The position numbers and the translations under genes are program-made. A stretch of DNA of 55,224 bases from positions 1 to 55,224 of the forward strand of contig JAZRXI010000093.1 in NCBI GenBank assembly GCA_045600145.1. The letters run 5' to 3'. The notes under the pieces were generated by a model, which saw nothing but the letters and a program-made list of their open reading frames with translations, was not told the origin of the DNA and did not search any database. Positions 39,226-52,500 of this stretch are shown here, piece after piece. Positions within the stretch are counted from its first letter, which is position 1, and each line of letters starts with the position of its first letter. Source of the DNA: Clostridia bacterium (GTDB lineage: Bacteria > Bacillota > Clostridia > Christensenellales > QALW01).

Positions 39226-39407
39226 AGTTTATACCTCCCTTGATTTTGGTGCTTTTATTATAATCAGGGCAGGCTGTTGCTACAAGCAATGCAAATTAAC
39301 ATATCGTTAAATTCTGATTTGTCGATATATCGGCATACTTAATCTTACTGAGCAAATCAAAAAACATCCCTATCCACCTGTGGTATTATACAAAGGACGG
39401 GTTTTGC

Positions 39408-40883
39408 TTAATACATATTGTTTATTCTGCGTATCGGCTCGCAGGTATAATTCACACCGAGCTTTTTAAGCACTTTTTCGTCTGCATCACAGAGCATGAC
39501 GGATGAGTGAAGCTCCATTCCGCGCAGACGTGATATCGTGTCGAGTGCCTTGCTTGCCTGCGGATTTACCACCGCGCTTGAAGAAAGCGCTATGAGCATT
39601 TCGTTTGAATTGAGATGTGATGTTACCGAATGGAAAGTTTCACGTTTGAGCTTTACGATAGGTTCAATGAACGTGTGCGCTATCAACGGAACATCATCGT
39701 CGATTGCCGCCATGACCTTCATGGCGTTAAGGAGAGCCGCCGAAACCGAGCCGAGCAGCTCGCTCGTTTTGCCGGTGACTATCGTTCCGTCATCAAGACG
39801 TATAGCAACGGCATGATTGCCGACTTCCTCGGCCTTTTTCAGCGCCGGAGCAACGACACTGCGGTCTTCGATCGTCACACCTGCCTGTTGCATTATGGAT
39901 TCGGCTTTTATCACGGCACTTTCGCTTACTCTGCCCATGATATTGTCGCATTTTACCTTATAATATCTGCGGATTATCTCATCCTTAGCGGCCTCTCGGA
40001 CGGCTGCATCGTCAAAAATGCAGTTGCCTGCCATATTGACGCCCATATCTGTAGGCGAATTGTAAGGGCTTTCGCCGAGAATGGATTCAAGCATTGCTTT
40101 GAGCAAAGGAAACGCTTCGACGTCACGGTTGTAGTTTACGGTCATATCGCCGTAAGCCTCGAGGTGGAACGGGTCTATCATATTGAGGTCATTGAGGTCT
40201 GCCGTGGCGGCTTCGTATGCAAGGTTTACCGGGTGTTTGAGCGGCAGATTCCATATCGGGAATGTCTCAAACTTCGCATATCCTGCGGTTATCCCGCGCT
40301 TGTGCTCATGATAGAGCTGTGAAAGACATGTTGCCAGCTTTCCACTGCCCGGTCCCGGCGCGGTGACGATAACAAGCGGTTTTGTGGTTTCGATGTATTC
40401 GTTTCTGCCATAGCCCTGCTCACTGACGATAAGTGGGATGTTGTTCGGATATCCGACTATCGAGTAATGCAGGTACACTTTGACACCGAGCTTGTCCAGC
40501 TTTTTCTTGAAAACATCAGCAGAATACTGTCCTGCGTACTGTGTCATTACGACGCTGCTGACGTACAGCCCCATATCGCGGAACGCGTCGATAAGACGAA
40601 CAACATCGTTATCGTAAGAGATCCCCAGATCACTGCGGATTTTATTACGTTCGATATCACATGCGTTTATTGCGATTATTATTTCGGCGCAGTCCTTAAG
40701 GTGCATTAGCATCTTTATTTTGCTGTCAGGCTGAAAGCCCGGAAGCACGCGCGATGCGTGATAGTCGTCAAAGAGCTTGCCGCCAAGCTCCAAATAAAGC
40801 TTGCCGTTGAATTTCTCAATACGCTCCTCGATATGCTTTGACTGCATTTCAAGATACTTTTCGTTGTCGAATCCGAGCTTCAT
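39408..40883 (-). CDS. DUF1846-family protein
   Basis: GFDNEKYL, LYLELGGKLFDDYHASRVLPG, APGPGSGKLATCLSQLYHE. Confidence 0.9.
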   Translation of the reverse strand: MKLGFDNEKYLEMQSKHIEERIEKFNGKLYLELGGKLFDDYHASRVLPGFQPDSKIKMLMHLKDCAEIIIAINACDIERNKIRSDLGISYDNDVVRLIDAFRDMGLYVSSVVMTQYAGQYSADVFKKKLDKLGVKVYLHYSIVGYPNNIPLIVSEQGYGRNEYIETTKPLVIVTAPGPGSGKLATCLSQLYHEHKRGITAGYAKFETFPIWNLPLKHPVNLAYEAATADLNDLNMIDPFHLEAYGDMTVNYNRDVEAFPLLKAMLESILGESPYNSPTDMGVNMAGNCIFDDAAVREAAKDEIIRRYYKVKCDNIMGRVSESAVIKAESIMQQAGVTIEDRSVVAPALKKAEEVGNHAVAIRLDDGTIVTGKTSELLGSVSAALLNAMKVMAAIDDDVPLIAHTFIEPIVKLKRETFHSVTSHLNSNEMLIALSSSAVVNPQASKALDTISRLRGMELHSSVMLCDADEKVLKKLGVNYTCEPIRRINNMY

Positions 40884-40964
40884 AATTTTCACATCCCCGA
40901 TAAATATAATGTCTGCTGCTAAGGGAAAGTGCAGATATCCTCATACTTAAATAATTCAGTGAAT

Positions 40965-40993
40965 ATTATAAGGCATTTTCAGATTTTTATCAA
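40965..40993 (-). promoter_or_regulatory. SigA promoter for the DUF1846 gene
   Basis: TTGATA-17-TATAAT. Confidence 0.7.
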
Positions 40994-41176
40994 CAAAAAT
41001 TTTCGAAATGCGGCAGACGGAAATATCTTAATTACACCGAACCCGTTTTCGTGCAAATCCGGGTGTATTTTCAGAATGATACGCTGTTTTTGCTGCTTCT
41101 TTCCTTAAAATGATGACACGGAATCAAATATCACAAAAAGTTTTCAAAAAACAGTATATTTTTATAAAAATATCGG

Positions 41177-41205
41177 TTGACAGATATTGACTTCTTTGGT
41201 ATACT
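41177..41205 (+). promoter_or_regulatory. SigA promoter of rpoBC
   Basis: TTGACA-17-TATACT with an extended TG. Confidence 0.8.
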
Positions 41206-41321
41206 TGTTAGCTGTATCACCATATATTATGGGGTATAGTGTGCCGCTTAATGAGGGGTAGGGGCTTTGTGCCCTTCGGCACGCTGACATACATCGTAAA
41301 AAAACATAGGAGAGTGAAAGT

Positions 41322-44300
41322 ATGCTTCATAAGGTATTGAACCCGGCAGAAACCGCCAAGGAAGACAGACTGTCTTTTGCCGAAATCGACGCGGCGCTTG
41401 AAATGCCGGATCTTATCGAGATCCAAAAGAATTCCTACAGCAAATTCATCAAAGAAGATCTCGGACCTATCATAAGGGATTTTTCGCCTATCGACGACTT
41501 TTCGAACTCGATGAGCCTGGAATTTCTTGATTGCTATCTGGAAGACACACCCAAATATTCCATTGAGGAATGCAAGGACCGTGATGCCACTTATGCCGCT
41601 TCAATGCGTGTACGTGTCCGTCTTACGATCAAAAACGATGACGGCACCGTGCGTGAAATCCTTGAACAGGATGTGTTTATGGGCGATTTCCCGCTTATGA
41701 CTCCTACGGGAACATTTATTATAAACGGCGCAGAGCGTGTAGTTGCTTCACAGCTGGTGCGTTCGCCGGGATGCTATTACAGTGATGACAAGCAGGCGGG
41801 AAAATGCCAATTTACCGCTACGCTTATTCCCAACCGCGGCGCGTGGATGGAATTTGAGATCGACAACGCGAATGTATTTTTCGTAAAGGTTGACAGAAGC
41901 AAAAAGGTAAGCATTACCGCGCTTCTCCGTGCGCTCGGCTACGGCACCGACGAACAGATCCTTGAAATCTTCGGCAAAAGCGCGATACTTGAAGCAACAC
42001 TTGAGCATGACCACCAGAACGGCATCAACAGCGAGCTTGACGGCCTTGTTGAAATGTACAAGCGTATCCGTCCCGGTGAGAACGCAGAAGAAAAAATAAT
42101 GCGTGACAGGCTCACCACGGGCTTCTTTGACAGCCGCCACTATGACCTTGCACGCGTCGGACGTTATAAGTTCAATAAAAAGCTTTCACTCGCTTCGAGA
42201 ATAGAAAACAATATTGCCGCTGAGGATATCGTTTCGCCGGACGGCGAGCTTTTGTGCAAGAAGGGCGATATGATTTCACGCGAGCTTGCGTATGAGATCC
42301 AGAATGCCGGCGTTATGCAGGTAACGGTCAAGATAACGCTTAAAAACGATGCCGGCGAGGATATAGTAAAGAATGTACGCGTTATGTCGAACGGCTTTAT
42401 CGACCCCAAGCCCTATCTTAATTTCGACCCCAAGGAAGTGGGCATAAGAGAATATGTTCACTACGATTCACTTATGAAGATACTTGCCGAATGCTCGACC
42501 GATGAACAGATAAAGGCACGTCTTGCCGCCGACATGGAAGAGCTTTCCCCCGAGCATCTTTATATGTCCGATATATTGGCGAGCATCAACTATATGCTTG
42601 CGCTTTTCGAAGGCTTCGGCGATGTCGACGATATCGACCATCTCGGAAACCGTCGTGTGCGCTGTGTCGGCGAGCTTTTGCAGAACCAGCTCCGCGTCGG
42701 ACTTTCGAGAATGGAGCGTATCATCCGCGAGAGAATGACCAGCCAGAGCATGGACAGTGCGTCTCCCTCAACACTTATAAACATCCGTCCTGTCAGTGCG
42801 GTAATAAGAGAGTTCTTCGGTTCATCACAGCTTTCGCAGTTCATGGATCAGAACAACCCGCTTGCCGAGCTTACGCATAAGCGCCGTCTGTCGGCGCTCG
42901 GCCCCGGCGGTCTTAACCGTGACCGTCCTTCGTTTGAAGTTCGAGACGTTCACCATTCTCACTACGGCAGAATGTGCCCCATTGAGACACCCGAAGGTAA
43001 GAACATCGGTCTTATCGGCTCTCTTGCGACTTACGCGAGAATCAACGAATATGGCTTCATGGAATCGCCGTACCGCAGGGTGGACAAGGAAAACGGAATA
43101 GTTACGAATCACGTTGACTATCTTGCCGCGGACGATGAAGACCGTTATATTATCGCTCAGGCGAACGAGCCTATCACGCCGGACGGACATTTTGTAAACC
43201 GCATAGTATCGGCGCGTAACAAGGATGATTTCCTGCGTGTCGACATTTCGAAGGTAGATTACATCGACGTTTCGCCCAAGCAGGTAGTATCGGTAGCAAC
43301 GGCGATGATACCGTTCCTTGAGAACGATGACGCGTCGCGTGCGCTGATGGGTGCAAACATGCAGCGTCAGGCAGTTCCTCTGCTTTGCACTGAAGCGCCT
43401 ATCGTAGGTACGGGTATCGAATATAAGGCGGCGCGCGACAGCGGCGTATCGGTGCTTTCAAAGGGACCCGGCGTCGTAAAGTATGTTGATGCCGACAAGG
43501 TAGTAGTGCTTCACGATGACGGCGAGACCGTAACATATGAGTTGCTCAAATACCGCCGTTCGAATCAGGGTACCTGCATCAACCAGCATCCCATTGTAAA
43601 AAAGGGACAGCGTGTAGAATACAAGACAACGCTTGCCGACGGTCCTTCGACCGCGGAGGGCGAGCTTTCACTCGGCAGAAACATAATAATCGGCTTCACT
43701 CCGTGGAACGGTTACAACTACGAGGATGCCATGCTGATATCCGAGCGTCTTGCACGTGACGATATCTTCACTACCATCCATATAGAAGAATACGAGTGCG
43801 AAGCGCGTGACACGAAGCTCGGACCCGAAGAAATAACGCATGATATACCCAATGTCGGCGAGGATATGCGCCGTAACCTTGATGAAGAAGGTATCATCCG
43901 CATCGGTGCGGAGGTTTATCCGGGCGATATTCTTGTAGGTAAGGTAACGCCCAAGGGCGAGACCGATGTTACGGCAGAGGAGAGACTTCTTCACGCGATC
44001 TTCTCTAACAACGCCAAGGAGGTGCGCGATACGTCTCTTCGCGTTCCGCACGGTGCAGGCGGCGTTGTAGTTGACATAAAAATATTCACCCGTGAGAACA
44101 AGGATGAGCTTTCTCCGGGAGTAAACAAAATGGTGCGCGTATATCTTGCGCAGAAGCGTAAGGTACACGCCGGTGATAAAATGGCAGGTCGTCACGGAAA
44201 CAAGGGTGTTATTTCCCGCGTGCTTCCTGAAGAGGATATGCCATTCCTGCCCGACGGCACACCGCTTCAGATATGCCTTAACCCGCTCGGCGTTCCCTCT

Positions 44301-45581
44301 CGAATGAACGTCGGACAGGTGCTTGAGGTGCATCTCGGTATCGCCGCAAAGAAGCTCGGCATAAAGATCGCAACGCCCGTATTTGACGGTGCGCACGAAC
44401 CGGATATCGAAAAGCTGTCACTTGCTTCGAAGCTGTTTGAAAAAATAGATACATTGCTTACGTTTGCAACACGTCTGCGTTCAACCGCGGAAATACCCGT
44501 TGTTGACGGCGCACTCGGACACACTGCGGGTCAGCTCCTTGAAATCGGGAAAAAACTCCGTGGCAAGGACAAGCCGGAGTATGACGGCGGCGCGATAGAC
44601 GTTGCGGCATACGATAAGGAGCTTGAGGAAATAAAGGTGCTTGCTTATGATAAGGAAGTCACCGACAGTGAGGCGCTTGCGCAACGCGCAATAGCTCTTG
44701 CAGATAAGTATTTCATCGCCGCAAGCAAAATCTTGGGCGAAATGGCGCCGCTGTTCGGACTTGATGTTATCGCTAGCAAAAACGAAGCCGAGGAAAAGGC
44801 TGAGGCAGACCTCAAGGATTACGCTCAGCAGGTATTCACCGGCAAGACCATCCTTTATGACGGACGCACCGGTGAGGCATTCGATAATCCCATAACGGTA
44901 GGCTGCATGTACATGATAAAGCTTATCCACATGGTAGACGATAAGATACATGCCCGTTCAACGGGACCGTATTCACTTGTTACGCAACAGCCTCTCGGAG
45001 GAAAGGCACAGTTCGGCGGACAACGTTTCGGCGAAATGGAGGTGTGGGCGCTTGAGGCTTACGGCGCGGCGCACACGCTTCAGGAGATACTTACAATAAA
45101 ATCCGATGACGTTGTAGGCAGAGTTAAGGCATACGAAGCCATTGTCAAGGGCGAAAACGTTCCCGAGCCCGGTATCCCGGAATCCTTTAAGGTTTTGCTC
45201 GAGGAGCTCCGTTCACTTGCACTCGACGTAAAGATCCTTACCGAGGAGCACAAGGAAGTCGAAATGATGGAGCTGCTTGATGATGACCGTGATGTTGTCG
45301 AATACGTTTCCGATAAGGATAGGGAAGCTCCCGAAGGCGATTTGTTCTCAATGCTCGGCTTTGACGAGGATGAGGACGATGACGGCTCACTTGAGCTTGA
45401 TTCGCTCAGCGACGATGATGAAAGCCTTGATATTCTCGACGGCATTGAGGAAGACGAAGATGATATGTTCTCTGAGGATGAATCGCTTGACTTTGCGAGT
45501 GATGACGAGAATCTTGACGGTGACGACGAGCTTTCGGATGATGAGCTTTCGGATGATGATATTTCCGATGACGAGAATTGA
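41322..45581 (+). CDS. rpoB: RNA polymerase beta subunit
   Basis: [44 protein letters not shown]. Confidence 0.99.
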   Translation: MLHKVLNPAETAKEDRLSFAEIDAALEMPDLIEIQKNSYSKFIKEDLGPIIRDFSPIDDFSNSMSLEFLDCYLEDTPKYSIEECKDRDATYAASMRVRVRLTIKNDDGTVREILEQDVFMGDFPLMTPTGTFIINGAERVVASQLVRSPGCYYSDDKQAGKCQFTATLIPNRGAWMEFEIDNANVFFVKVDRSKKVSITALLRALGYGTDEQILEIFGKSAILEATLEHDHQNGINSELDGLVEMYKRIRPGENAEEKIMRDRLTTGFFDSRHYDLARVGRYKFNKKLSLASRIENNIAAEDIVSPDGELLCKKGDMISRELAYEIQNAGVMQVTVKITLKNDAGEDIVKNVRVMSNGFIDPKPYLNFDPKEVGIREYVHYDSLMKILAECSTDEQIKARLAADMEELSPEHLYMSDILASINYMLALFEGFGDVDDIDHLGNRRVRCVGELLQNQLRVGLSRMERIIRERMTSQSMDSASPSTLINIRPVSAVIREFFGSSQLSQFMDQNNPLAELTHKRRLSALGPGGLNRDRPSFEVRDVHHSHYGRMCPIETPEGKNIGLIGSLATYARINEYGFMESPYRRVDKENGIVTNHVDYLAADDEDRYIIAQANEPITPDGHFVNRIVSARNKDDFLRVDISKVDYIDVSPKQVVSVATAMIPFLENDDASRALMGANMQRQAVPLLCTEAPIVGTGIEYKAARDSGVSVLSKGPGVVKYVDADKVVVLHDDGETVTYELLKYRRSNQGTCINQHPIVKKGQRVEYKTTLADGPSTAEGELSLGRNIIIGFTPWNGYNYEDAMLISERLARDDIFTTIHIEEYECEARDTKLGPEEITHDIPNVGEDMRRNLDEEGIIRIGAEVYPGDILVGKVTPKGETDVTAEERLLHAIFSNNAKEVRDTSLRVPHGAGGVVVDIKIFTRENKDELSPGVNKMVRVYLAQKRKVHAGDKMAGRHGNKGVISRVLPEEDMPFLPDGTPLQICLNPLGVPSRMNVGQVLEVHLGIAAKKLGIKIATPVFDGAHEPDIEKLSLASKLFEKIDTLLTFATRLRSTAEIPVVDGALGHTAGQLLEIGKKLRGKDKPEYDGGAIDVAAYDKELEEIKVLAYDKEVTDSEALAQRAIALADKYFIAASKILGEMAPLFGLDVIASKNEAEEKAEADLKDYAQQVFTGKTILYDGRTGEAFDNPITVGCMYMIKLIHMVDDKIHARSTGPYSLVTQQPLGGKAQFGGQRFGEMEVWALEAYGAAHTLQEILTIKSDDVVGRVKAYEAIVKGENVPEPGIPESFKVLLEELRSLALDVKILTEEHKEVEMMELLDDDRDVVEYVSDKDREAPEGDLFSMLGFDEDEDDDGSLELDSLSDDDESLDILDGIEEDEDDMFSEDESLDFASDDENLDGDDELSDDELSDDDISDDEN

Positions 45582-45615
45582 CCTCACACATATAAAATGA
45601 AAGGAAGAAACAGCC

Positions 45616-48600
45616 TTGTTTGAACTTAATAATTTTGATTCAATACAGATAGGTCTTGCACCCGCGGAGAAGATTCGTGAGTGGTCTTACGGTGAGGTAA
45701 AAAAACCCGAAACCATTAATTACCGCACACTTAAACCGGAACGTGACGGTCTTTTCTGCGAAAGAATATTCGGACCGACGAAGGACTGGGAATGTGCTTG
45801 CGGTAAATATAAGAAAGGTGCAAGATACAAGGGACTTATATGTGACCGCTGCGGCGTTGAGGTAACACGCGCAAAGGTGCGCCGTGAGCGTATGGGACAC
45901 ATCGAGCTCGCGGCTCCCGTTTCACACATATGGTATTTCAAGGGCATACCGAGCCGCATGAGCCTTCTGCTCAACGTTTCACCGAAAGACCTTGAAAAAG
46001 TACTTTATTTCGCGGCATTTATCGTGCTTGATGCAGGCGCTACCGAATACCAGGAAAAGGATGTTATCGGCGAGCAGGAATACCGTGAGGTAATGGAAAG
46101 AGAAATAAATATCGGCTCGTTCCGCGCGGCTATGGGTGCCGAGGCAGTGCGTGAGCTTCTGCGCAAGGTAGACCTTGAAGCCGAATCAAAAGAGCTTCGC
46201 GAGGAGCTTGCAATTACAAATTCAAGTCAGAAGCGCATAAAAGCCGTAAAGCGTCTTGAAGTCGTTGAATCCTTCCGCAAATCGGGGAATAAGCCCGAGT
46301 GGATGATAATGGACGTAGTTCCCGTTATCCCTCCGGAGATCCGCCCGATGGTACAGCTTGACGGCGGCAGATTCGCCTCCAGCGATCTTAACGACCTTTA
46401 TCGCAGAGTTATCAACCGCAACAACCGTCTTAAGAGATTGCTTGAGCTCGGCGCTCCGGATATCATCGTAAGAAATGAAAAGCGCATGCTTCAGGAATCT
46501 GTTGACGCGCTTATCGACAACGGACGCAGAGGCCGTCCTGTTACGGGACCCGGCAACAGACCGCTCAAATCGCTTTCCGACATGCTTCGCGGTAAGCAAG
46601 GACGCTTTCGTCAAAACCTGCTCGGTAAACGTGTTGACTATTCCGGACGTTCGGTTATCGTCGTAGGTCCCGAGCTTAAGATGCACCAGTGCGGATTGCC
46701 TAAGGAAATGGCAATAGAGCTGTTCAAGCCGTTTGTAATGAAACGTCTTGTTGAAAAGAATTACGCACAGAATGTGCGTGGCGCAAAGAGACTTATCGAG
46801 CGCGGCACCGGCGAGGTCTGGGACGTACTTGAGGAGGTCATTGAGGGACATCCCGTTCTTCTGAACCGTGCGCCTACACTTCACCGTCTCGGTATTCAGG
46901 CGTTCGAGCCCGTGCTTGTTGACGGACGTGCGATCAAACTTCATCCGCTTGTATGTACTGCGTTCAACGCCGACTTCGACGGCGACCAGATGCCCTGCCA
47001 TGTTCCGCTTTCCGTCGAAGCGCAAGCCGAAGCACGTTTCCTGATGCTTGCCGCTAACAATATACTTAAGCCTGCCGACGGACGTCCCGTTGTTGTTCCC
47101 ACACAGGATATGATAATCGGCTCGTACTATCTTACAATAGTTCACGATGACCGTCCCATGCTCGACCACACCTTCGCTTCACCCGATGAAGCAGTGCTTG
47201 CGTACGAAATGGGTAAACTTCCGCTTCAGTCGATGACGAATGTGCGTATGACCAAAACCGACGAAAACGGCAATACGCGCTCCAAAATAATTCAGACGAC
47301 CGTCGGAAAGATAATATTCAACAAGGCTGTTCCGCAGGATATCGGCTTTGTTGACAGAAGTGATCCCGAGCATGAGTTTGATCTTGAGATCGGCTTCCTT
47401 ATCGACAAAAAAACACTCAACAAGGTAGTATATAAGTGTTACAGTGTTCACGGTGAGGCTGTAACGGCACAGATGCTTGACGATATCAAGGCGCAAGGCT
47501 TTAAGTTCGCTACAGGTAACGTTACCGTAGGTGTCAAGGATGCCGTTATCCCGCCTGCAAAGAAAGAGATACTCGCAAAGGCGGATGAGCATGTTGCCGA
47601 AATAAACGATTACGCAGCGCGCGGCTTCCTTACCGAGGAGGAAAGATACCGTCACGTCATCGAAACATGGCGTATCGCAAAAGACGATGTTACCGTAGCA
47701 CTTATGGACGGATTGGATAAGTTCAATCCCATCAACATGATGGCTACCTCCGGTGCCCGTGGTAATAAATCACAGATAACACAGCTTGCGGGAATGCGTG
47801 GTCTGATGGCTGACCCCTCCGGACGCACGATAGAGATTCCCGTTAAAGCAAACTTCCGCGAAGGCCTGTCGATACTTGACTTCTTCATGTCATCACACGG
47901 CACACGAAAGGGTCTTGCGGATACCGCGCTTCGTACCGCTGACTCAGGTTACCTTACACGTCGACTTGTCGATGTTTGTCAGGATGTTATCATCCGTGAA
48001 GAGGATTGCCATGCTATTCCCAGCACGGTAAACACTCCAAACGGCGTTTATGTTGAAGCTATCACTCACGAAGGCTCGGTTATCGAGACCGTTGCCGAAC
48101 GCATAAAGAACAGAACACTTGCCGAGGATATCCTTGATAATGACGGCAATGTGGTATACGCAGACGGTACTCTTGTCGATGACAAAATAGCCGCGCATAT
48201 AACCGATCCGATCGAAAAGGGCGGCCTCGGCAGAGAAAAGGTAATGATCCGTTCGATATTCACCTGCCGTTGCGAGCATGGTGTTTGCGCTAAGTGCTAC
48301 GGCGCCGACCTTTCAAACAACAAACCCGTTGCACTCGGTGAGGCTGTCGGCATAATCGCCGCACAGTCGATCGGTGAGCCCGGTACACAGCTTACCATGA
48401 GAACGTTCCATACCGGTGGTGTTGCAGGTACGGATATCACACAGGGTCTGCCGCGTGTAGAAGAGATTTTCGAAGCTCGTAAGCCTAAAGGACTTGCAAT
48501 ACTTTCGGATATCGCAGGTAAGGTCGAGCTTTCGAACTCAAAGGGCAAGAGTTCGGTCACGGTAATTGCGTCCGATGGCGAAGAAAAGAATTATCCGCTT

Positions 48601-49212
48601 CCGTACAACGCGCATCTTGCCGTTGAAGAGGGACAGTATGTCGAGGTAGGTCAAGAGCTTACAAAAGGCTCGGTCAACCCTCACGATATGCTTCGTATCA
48701 AAGGTGTCGTTCCGCTTCAGAATTATATGCTTAAGGAAGTGCAGACCGTTTATAAGGTGCAGGGCGTTGATATAGCCGATAAGCACATCGAGCTTATCGT
48801 GCGCCAAATGCTCCGTAAGGTGCGCATAGAGGATGCCGGTGATACAAGCCTGCTTCCCGGTGATGTCGTTGATATATTCAAGGTCGAGCAGGTCAACGAG
48901 GAGACCCGTCTTGCAGGCGGAGTTCCTGCAACCAGCCGTCGAATATTGCTCGGTATCACCAAAGCGGCACTTGCAACCGATTCGTTCCTTTCGGCAGCGT
49001 CATTCCAGGAGACCACGCGCGTGCTGACCGATGCCGCAATCAAGGGCAAAATTGATCCGTTGCTCGGTCTTAAGGAATGTGTATGTATCGGTAAGCTTAT
49101 TCCCGCAGGTACCGGTGTTAAGAAGTATAAGGACGTCGATATTGAGGTTCTGAGAAAAACCGCTGATGTTGATCCCGATTCCGTAGATTTCACGCCTGCT
49201 CTGGAAGCATAA
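45616..49212 (+). CDS. rpoC: RNA polymerase beta' subunit (TTG start)
   Basis: Zn finger, [31 protein letters not shown]. Confidence 0.99.
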   Translation: MFELNNFDSIQIGLAPAEKIREWSYGEVKKPETINYRTLKPERDGLFCERIFGPTKDWECACGKYKKGARYKGLICDRCGVEVTRAKVRRERMGHIELAAPVSHIWYFKGIPSRMSLLLNVSPKDLEKVLYFAAFIVLDAGATEYQEKDVIGEQEYREVMEREINIGSFRAAMGAEAVRELLRKVDLEAESKELREELAITNSSQKRIKAVKRLEVVESFRKSGNKPEWMIMDVVPVIPPEIRPMVQLDGGRFASSDLNDLYRRVINRNNRLKRLLELGAPDIIVRNEKRMLQESVDALIDNGRRGRPVTGPGNRPLKSLSDMLRGKQGRFRQNLLGKRVDYSGRSVIVVGPELKMHQCGLPKEMAIELFKPFVMKRLVEKNYAQNVRGAKRLIERGTGEVWDVLEEVIEGHPVLLNRAPTLHRLGIQAFEPVLVDGRAIKLHPLVCTAFNADFDGDQMPCHVPLSVEAQAEARFLMLAANNILKPADGRPVVVPTQDMIIGSYYLTIVHDDRPMLDHTFASPDEAVLAYEMGKLPLQSMTNVRMTKTDENGNTRSKIIQTTVGKIIFNKAVPQDIGFVDRSDPEHEFDLEIGFLIDKKTLNKVVYKCYSVHGEAVTAQMLDDIKAQGFKFATGNVTVGVKDAVIPPAKKEILAKADEHVAEINDYAARGFLTEEERYRHVIETWRIAKDDVTVALMDGLDKFNPINMMATSGARGNKSQITQLAGMRGLMADPSGRTIEIPVKANFREGLSILDFFMSSHGTRKGLADTALRTADSGYLTRRLVDVCQDVIIREEDCHAIPSTVNTPNGVYVEAITHEGSVIETVAERIKNRTLAEDILDNDGNVVYADGTLVDDKIAAHITDPIEKGGLGREKVMIRSIFTCRCEHGVCAKCYGADLSNNKPVALGEAVGIIAAQSIGEPGTQLTMRTFHTGGVAGTDITQGLPRVEEIFEARKPKGLAILSDIAGKVELSNSKGKSSVTVIASDGEEKNYPLPYNAHLAVEEGQYVEVGQELTKGSVNPHDMLRIKGVVPLQNYMLKEVQTVYKVQGVDIADKHIELIVRQMLRKVRIEDAGDTSLLPGDVVDIFKVEQVNEETRLAGGVPATSRRILLGITKAALATDSFLSAASFQETTRVLTDAAIKGKIDPLLGLKECVCIGKLIPAGTGVKKYKDVDIEVLRKTADVDPDSVDFTPALEA

Positions 49213-49222
49213 ATGACTTAAT

Positions 49223-49258
49223 GAGGTGCGGGGACAACGTCCCCGCACCTCTCTTTTT
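49223..49258 (+). terminator. rpoBC terminator
   Basis: GAGGTGCGGGGAC-AAC-GTCCCCGCACCTC followed by TCTTTTT. Confidence 0.85.
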
Positions 49259-49259
49259 G

Positions 49260-49382
49260 GGCTCTGCCCATTGGCCCCCGCCCGCTTTGAAAGCGTGGTA
49301 AAACTTTTTATTGCGCTTTGCGCAGAGTAAAAATAATACAGTGCCTATGCTAAACTATAGCACAGGCACTGTGTTTCTTTAT
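49260..49382. repeat. Family A repeat with ACAGTGCCT hairpin
   Basis: Reverse-complement similarity to 37934-38035 and 54146-54250. Confidence 0.8.
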
Positions 49383-49518
49383 TATGTACAATTCGCTGTT
49401 TTCGCTACTTACCGCGAAAATGGTCGCGGGGGGCAGGGCAAAGCTCCGCATAGGTGTGTGGCAGCGCCCCGCGAAAAGATAAGCAAGGGGGGGTGAAGTC
49501 CTTCCGTCGTGCCCGAAA

Positions 49519-52500
49519 TCAAAAATCGAACAAGCTTATCTGCTGACTTTTGGGTAGATTTCTCAGGCAACCGCACTGTTCAAGCGCACCGAGCAGTGTG
49601 TTTGAAAGCTTTGTGCGTGCAAGCAGGTCATCCTGCGACTTAAACATTTCCTCATTGCGTGCTTCAACTATGGAGTACGCAGCATTTTCACCGAGGTTGG
49701 GTATCGCATTCAGCGGCGGACGGATCATATTATCTTCGGTTACGGTGAAATTGACGGCATCCGATTTATATATATCAATATCGGTAAATTCAACCTTGCG
49801 GCACTTCATTTCAAGCACCATTTCAAGCATTATGAGAATACCTTTTTCGCGCGGATTCAAATTAGGCTGGTCGTGCATCTGATTTATCGTCCTGCGAAGC
49901 TCAGGTATGGTTTTCTGTGCGATGCCTATTTCGAAATCGTCTGCGCGGACGGTAAAATATGTCGCATAATATTGGTGCGGCTTGTACACCTTGAACCACG
50001 CTATGCGGATAGCCATGGTAACATATGCCGCCGCGTGCGCCTTGGGGAACATGTACTTTATCTTGTTGCACGAATCTATGAACCATTCGGGAACATCGTG
50101 TGCGCGTATCTCCTCAAGATATTTTTCGGGTATACCCTTGCCCTTGCGCACCTTTTCCATCGTGTCGAATGCCGGGAAATCCGAAACGCCCTTGAGCAGC
50201 AGACCGTTCATGATGTCCTCACGGGTACAGATGCATTGGCTGATGGTCGCCGTGCCGTTGTCGATAAGGTCCTTTGCGTTGCCGAGCCAAACATCAGTGC
50301 CGTGTGAAAGTCCCGATATTTTAATAAGATCGGCGAACTTCTTGGGCTTGGTATCCACAAGCATCTGTATCGTGAAGCCCGTTCCGAACTCGGGGATGCC
50401 GAATGTTCCCGTCTTACAGCCGATCTCTTCTTCGGTTACGCCGAGTGCCTCGGGAGAGAGAAAAATGCTCATTACCTTCGGATCGTCGAGCGGAACTTCC
50501 TTTTTTACATCTATGCCGGTCAGATCCTCAAGCATACGGATGACGGTGGGGTCATCGTGACCGAGTATATCAGCCTTAAGCAGTGTATCGTGGAGCGATT
50601 TGAATGTAAAGTGCGTCGTGATTATTCCCTGCGACGGGTCGTTCGCGGGGTATTGGAGCGGTGTAAATTCGTTGATATTGTACTTTTTCGGCAGGATAAC
50701 GACACCGCCGGCGTGCTGGCCGGTCGTGCGCTTTACATCTATACATCCGCTTGCCATACGCGTCAGCTCTGCCGAACGCTGTTTGCCGAGCCCGTATTCC
50801 TCACAGTATTTTTTCGCGTAGCCGATAGCCGTTTTATCGGCGACACCGCCTATCGTGCCTGCGCGGAAAACGTATTTTTCACCGAACAGCTCTTCTATGT
50901 ATTTGTGTACGACGGGCTGATATACGCCGGAGAAGTTAAGGTCGATATCGGGAACTTTGTCTCCGTCGAAGCCCATGAATACTTCAAACGGGATATTGAA
51001 GCCGAGCCGAAGCATTTCCGTGCCGCAGTTGGGGCAGTTTTCCTTCGGCATATCAACACCGCAGTCGTATTTGTTCATGTCGGGCGTGAAATCGGAATAT
51101 TTGCACTTCGGGCAAAGGTAATGCGGGCGGAGCGGATTGACCTCGGTTATGTCCGCCATCGTTGCGGCAAAAGACGAGCCGACGCTTCCTCGCGAGCCGA
51201 CAAGATAGCCGTCGGAAAGTGATTTTTTAACGACCTTGTGTGCTATCAGATACAGCACCGCGTAGCCGTGCTTGATTATCGCGGTAAGCTCTTTTTCAAG
51301 GCGTGCGGCAACGATCTCGGGAAGCTCATCGCCGTACATGTCATGCGCTTTTTTCTCGCACATCGAGCGCAGGTCTTCCTCGGCATTATCCATTTCGGGC
51401 GTGTAAAGATGGTCGCGCGGGAATGATTCCATGCTTTCGCACATTTCGGCTATCATGCGCGGATTGCGTATGACTATCTCCTCACGCTTTTCCTTGTCAA
51501 GATAGTAAAATTCATCAAGCATCTCCTCGGTCGTGCGATAATAAAGCGGTGCTTGGATGTTTGCTTCGTCGAAGCCCTCGGCGCATTGGATGACGGAGCG
51601 GTATATCGCGTCATCCGGCAAAAGATAATGCACGTCTCCCGTTGCAAGCACGGGCTTGCCGAGCTTTTCGCCGAGCGCGATGACTTTTTTATTCAATTCG
51701 ATAAGATGCTCCTTATCGCGTACTATGCCCTCGCGGATAAGGAAATCGTTGTTGCCGAGCGGCTGTATTTCAAGGCAATCGTAGAATGATGCTATTTCCT
51801 CAAGCTTTTCGTCGGAAACGCCGCGCAGCATCGCACGGTACAGCTCGCCTGCCTCACACGCAGAGCCGATTATCAGTCCCTCTCGATGCTCAATGATGCT
51901 TGAACGCGGCATTTGCGGACGTTTGCGGCGCAGATGCTCAAGATGCGATTCGGTGACGAGCGAATACAGGTTGAACAAGCCCTTTTTGTCCTTGGCGTAC
52001 ATGATTATGTGGTAGCTGTTGCCGTTATCTACAGACATTGCCTTATTAAGCTCGCCGACGGTGCTGATGTCGCGTTCGCCGAGTATCTCCGTCAGCTTGC
52101 GCCATACGGCGGCGGTGATCTCCGCTTCCTTGAGCGCATCCGTGATATCGCCGGTGCGTATTTCAAGCGCGTCGCAGACCTTGTTGAATTTGCCGCTTTT
52201 GATATTCGGAACGGTTTCGCGGGAAATACGAAGCGTGTCTATCGACGGAAATTCGGGCTCTTCGCCCGCGGCAACGAACGCCGCATGTAAAAACGGCATC
52301 GAAGTATCGGCACTGTGCGCAAGAAGCGTACAGCCGGACGCGTATTCGATAAATTTTTTTATTACCGTATCGCTGTCGGGCGCGGAATCAAGCGCGCTTT
52401 GGCGGATATCTGCTTCATTGAGAATATCGGTGCGCACGTTTTCGTGCGGGTTTATATATGAATGAAACGTGTTTTGCGAGAGTATTCCGTTTTCGACTAT

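Noticed and set aside
42810-43020. Rifampicin-resistance alleles in RpoB
   Set aside because: Cluster I residues (Q, D, H, R, S) are wild type; the P-to-K change is at the second proline of TPEGPN, not the commonly cited first one.
44409-44837. Intein in RpoB
   Set aside because: No Cys/Ser start block, no His-Asn end, no LAGLIDADG motif.
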